In this document: one piece after another, positions 59,487-64,000 of the stretch | Layout: every line of letters begins with the position of its first letter | Numbering within the stretch: position 1 is the first letter of the stretch | DNA from: Podarcis filfolensis | Taxonomy: Eukaryota | Strand: one strand, 5' to 3' | Assembly (NCBI GenBank): GCA_964270895.1 | Contig: OZ185440.1 | DNA: 64,000 nt | Notes under the pieces: generated by a model | What the model saw: the letters and a program-made list of their open reading frames with translations, nothing else | Told to the model about the DNA's origin: nothing | Databases searched by the model: none | Position numbers and translations under genes: made by a program

Positions 59487-61964
59487 TAATATACTCACAT
59501 GCACCAGGATCCTGGAGGGAACCAGAATAATGAAGGCTGGTATATTATATGCTGCCTATGAAACTCAACTCTCAAAAACTTGTCACACAGCCCCTAGTTC
59601 ATCTTTCCTTTCTTTGAAATAGCTGAGGTTTAAACAAAGCTGTTAAGTTAATTTGCAGTTAACATAATGAGGCTGTGGGTTGCATTGTAACTCAGTTCCA
59701 TAGACTACCTACTGGAGTTCAGCTCACTGTACAGCCACCCACCCCCAGCAGCTGAGCTTCCATTATAAGGGGCTGATTGCTTTTGATTTCGCAATGCCCT
59801 CTATAGTCAGAGACCCACAGGACAACCCAGAATATGCTTTTGAGAGGCTCAATGCACTTGTCACACTCAGATATCTTTCACATGCAGTCAGAGCTGAATG
59901 GCAGCCACTCTTCTGATACAGTCCCATGTGTGCTGTGTGTGAACAATGCAGGCTACATGGGTCTTAAGCATGCTGAGTGTATGGAAAAGACCCACAATCT
60001 GCCCCACCGTTCACTTACAGCTGCAGCCACTCCCTGAAAAGCTGCTCATGAAAAAACAGCGATCAAATGGCTGGTTAAACAACAAAAAGATTAAATTAAA
60101 AAACAACATTAGTCCAGGTACATTTCTGAAAAACGATAATAAAGCAGAATTTTAATTTAGCCCTTTAAATACGAAATAGGTCAGTGTGTCATACTTTTTA
60201 TTTGTCCAATTCCTAGCAGAACTTGTCTTGTTTACTTCTGTGTTGAATAAAGACATTGGTAAACTGTAGATATGTCGGGGGAGGCAGAAACTGGCTTTCC
60301 ATTGTAGGGATTAAAATGGCCTCTTTTTGACTACTGGACACCAGGGCTGGCCCTACCAGTTGGCAGAGTGGAACAGCTGCCTCTAGTAGCAGATGATGCT
60401 TGGGAGGGTGCTGTGCCCTGGAAGTGGAAGCACCGCAGCAGAGTGAGGCTGTGGCAGTGAAGATCAGGTAGGAGCTAGGGTCCTGCCTCTACTTGTGCTG
60501 GCAGCAGTTTGGGCTCAGGCTGCTCTGTACACCGCTGCCAGCCCGAGTTGGGGAAAGAGGCGTACAGGCACGGCGTCCCTGCCTGCCCGCACACCTCTTT
60601 CTCTGGCTTGGGCTGTCCTCTTTTTTGCTCAAGATATGGCAACCCTAGACAATACACACTATACTGAGCTCAGTGTGGTGCAGGAGTAAAAAGAACTGGG
60701 GAGGAGCAAAGCAACTGTGAGCTCCTCTCCAGGAACCTGCATATTTGTGTAGTAACAGTAAGCCATAGATACTGGGGGGGGGGGGGGGGCGGAATGCATC
60801 CACATTTGATTTTTAGTTACAGGGCTGAACAGAATCATAGTGACTAATGCAAGTATCAGGTTCAGAATAGACCTCTTTAATCAAACAGCTTTTAAACTTC
60901 TGCTGATTTGCCTGGATACTAGATTGCTTTTCTTCATCTATGAAGAATTTTGTACCCCCGTACCTAAGTTGTTTCTCATTTTGCTGTGAGCACTTGCAAT
61001 ACTTGTACTGCATGCCATAGCAATAACTTCCCTTTGATTTGTTTTGCAGTCTGTTCTCGATGCACATTTACTCAGAAATAAATCCTACTCAGCCGAACAG
61101 AGCTTCTGCCCGTGTACATGTGCAACAGGTGTGCGGCATTTCAGCGCAATCTATACCATCTATACATACCCAGGCACTGATTTCAGTGAGACTATCTCCA
61201 GATAAGTGGGTATAAGATGGCAGCCTTAATTGCCTAAATGTCATTAAAGGTAATAATTATACAGTTAACTGCAAAATAATAAAAATTGACTACACTGAAC
61301 TGTGCTTGCCAGGGTCCTATAGCACTCTCTTCCCTTTAATATGCCATGCCAAAAAGACACACAATGTAGCAAGGGGTAAATAGCTGCTATGGACACTTCT
61401 GAACATAATGAGCCAAGAAACATTATTAGTGTTTATGCATCAGTGAGTCTGGCACTCTATTAATAAGAATTGTTTAACCTTTTGAACTCTAACGTACATA
61501 CACAATTTCTCAGGCAATTATGTGTCTCGAATACAGATTGGTCTCAGTTCGGTTACACGAAAGAAGCCAAAAGTCAGCTATATGTGGAGCTTCAAGGTAC
61601 ACCAGAGAGTCATGAAATTTGTTATTTACGGACAAGCATCAGCAACATGGTGCCCATGGGGCCACAGAGGCTTTCCTTGGCATCCACAGGGTCTTCTCCC
61701 CTTTCCAAAATCAATCTTGAAAGAAGCATTCTATTGTAGCCAATATAATAGGTTACAGTGTGTGCTCTGTTGCGGTGTGCGCATGGTGCCCATGACAGGT
61801 TTTCTGGTTTGCAAATATGCTCAAGTATCCAAAAAGGTGAGGAATGCTTGCTCTGGAAGCTAATGTTGAGTGTTTTGAAATAAGGGACATTTTTGTCCTG
61901 CTATGTGCTGTTAGCTTGCTATATTCTTTTCTAATAGTATCATTCTGGAATAAGGTTGGAAGGA

Positions 61965-62340
61965 AAAGTAGAGTTGGGTGTCATCAGCGTACTGGTGACA
62001 CCAAATAGCCAAATTCCTGTCAACCTCTCCCAGTGGTTTCATGTAAGTATTAAACAGCATGGGGGGCAGAACAGAACCCTGAAGGACTTGCCTCTACAGG
62101 AAAGGGGTGAGTAAAACAGTGCCTCCAAGTTCCATCCCAGCAAGGTGCATAGCTGCCAACTTTTCCCTTTTCTTGTGAGGAATCCTATTCGGAATAAGGG
62201 GATTTCTCTTAAAAAATAGGAAACGTTGACAGCTATGGCAAGGTGGCCCAGAAGGACATCATGGTCCATGGTATCAAAAGTCACCAAGAGGTCCAGCAGA
62301 TCCAACAAGGCAACCCAAACCATCTCTGTCCCATAGCTAG
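61965..62340 (-). mobile_element. Old L2-type LINE RT fragment
   Basis: Minus frames read LLDL..TFDTMDHDVLL and VLQGSVLPPMLFNTYMKPL...HQYADDTQLYF (YADD motif). Confidence 0.8.
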
Positions 62341-64000
62341 ATTGAAATGGATCTAGATGATCAGCTTTCTTCAGAAACCCTTGGAGCTGAGATGCTTAGC
62401 TGAGATGAAACTCTTCAAAAGATGTCATCATCACATTGTTAAGGTCATATCAATAAGCCCCCCCCCCCCCCGCCGCTGAATCACCATTTAAAAAATGTTT
62501 GGGTGCATTTTCCCAACATGATGGTTGGAACTTTTCTGCCCATTCTACAAATAGAAAATTTGCACACACAAAAAGTCATTAAAGCATGCACACACACACA
62601 CGATGCAACACACCAGACTATGCATCATAGATTTCATTCTGGTTCTCATCCGTTGCTATCTAATGGGCTACATACTGTAATGCTAATCTAGTGAATAAGT
62701 CACTTTCTATGGTGAAGGGCACAGAAAGATCACTCCCGCAATGACGATCAACTTAGGTTCACTTCCAAGGCCATATTATGAAAATGAGGAGCCACAAATA
62801 ATTGATGTTACCACTCATGACCAATGTTTAGAGGAGGTTTTATTATTTTCAACCCCTTCCTTCTTACATCTAATGCCACTCAGGGCAGGATTTTCACTCT
62901 AATCATAATCATAGTTACGGTATCTGTATTTTTACAGTACTTTAGTATTTGGGTGGGTGCCGTTTTGAGCATACTTTATCATTTGCAAGGTAGCTGTGGG
63001 TAGTGTGTGTCTTTTCCTTTCCAACAAATGTTTCTCCAGTACTCTGCAACCTCCTAGCTGCCTGCAAGTCCTGATCTGAAAAAGCTCCATGGGAAGATTC
63101 ACCTCATGATATCTTTCCCTTGGCTTAAATTGAAGCAACAGAGCATCACATATTGGTATGCTTGTTCTTTTGGTTTTTAAAGGAAACCCTTTTCTTTCTT
63201 TATCCCCTTAAAAAAATATGTACATGTATATGCCACTTTTTAATCTTTTGAGCCTCAAAGCAGCTTACAATAAAAACAATCAAAGATCATGATAAGAACA
63301 AAATTGCTATAAAAACACACAGTAAAACAGTAGCAGCAGAATTTCAAAAATACAAATGACAGTGGCAAATCCATTACTAAGGGTTCAAATTGTTCTGGTA
63401 CAACAGGTTAGTTATGAAGACTTGTTCCGTCTTTGCATGTGGGGGTGCGGCTACTACTGCACACTGAATATCTCATACATTCAGACTGCAACTGATTTAA
63501 GATTCTTCAATAGCTCTTTATGAAGCTAAGGGTGAATTCTAGATAGCCATTGGGCAAAGTTTTATCAAAATGGGTAGTGTTTATGTACAATGTATAACTT
63601 AAATTATTGGCTGCAAACTTTCAGCAGAGATCAGGTGCCAAACCTGGTGATTTGAGTATCTGGGAAATCTGTTATTTTAGCTTTCTCCGTACATTGCCTT
63701 CCAGATTTGGTAATGTTCATGTCAACAAGCTCTAGTCTCCTAGCAACTTTCCCTGCCATTTCCACACTAACAGCGTACTTGCATCTATACACACAGTGAT
63801 GTGCTCATCGAAGGGATCAGGAGAGGAGAAACAGCTGCACCAAAACAACATCCAAAAATAGGGTTTACAGGCTCTTATCACACTAGCATTTGTGAATCAC
63901 CACCACGAGTTATTGATTTTCTTCAAGGCACATGCAGCCAATCAGCCAATATGTTTTTCAGCTTCTACAAATCTCTTTCCCAAGAATATCAGGTCGCACC

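Noticed and set aside
60774-60789. Long G/C homopolymers (also about 41257-41268 and 62458-62471) and (TA)n/(CA)n tracts
   Set aside because: Ordinary simple repeats with unreliable length in assemblies

Overview
This is vertebrate genomic DNA, almost certainly from a lacertid lizard, judged from Podarcis-type Sauria SINEs, BovB, Squam-like SINEs and L2/CR1 fragments. It holds two convergent genes. (1) A complete 11-exon DDX20 (Gemin3) gene lies on the + strand, CDS 10511-18527. The spliced CDS sums to 2298 nt = 765 aa, all exon phases are consistent, and it has a CpG-island promoter, a GC-AG intron 7 and a stop-free 87-nt intron 9. (2) The 3' half of KCND3 (Kv4.3) lies on the - strand: coding exons equivalent to human exons 4-8 (54988 down to the stop at 29957), including the 57-nt Kv4.3-long cassette exon. 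The upstream KCND3 exons are outside the window. The rest is intronic or intergenic and carries many TE remnants: six Sauria SINE copies, BovB, L2, CR1, Penelope-like fragments, hAT and Tc1/mariner MITEs, and solo LTRs. I see no prokaryotic-type system and cannot claim a proven new system. The best leads are: an LTR-like family (two diverged copies) with an embedded peptide motif PRTKRG...HRxSL showing mostly synonymous differences; the in-frame retainable DDX20 intron 9 after helicase motif VI; a CCAAT-rich solo LTR in sense orientation inside KCND3; Penelope/hammerhead-like remnants; and a divergent pair of CTCF-like sites. Gene and repeat-family names come from recognition by eye, not database searches.
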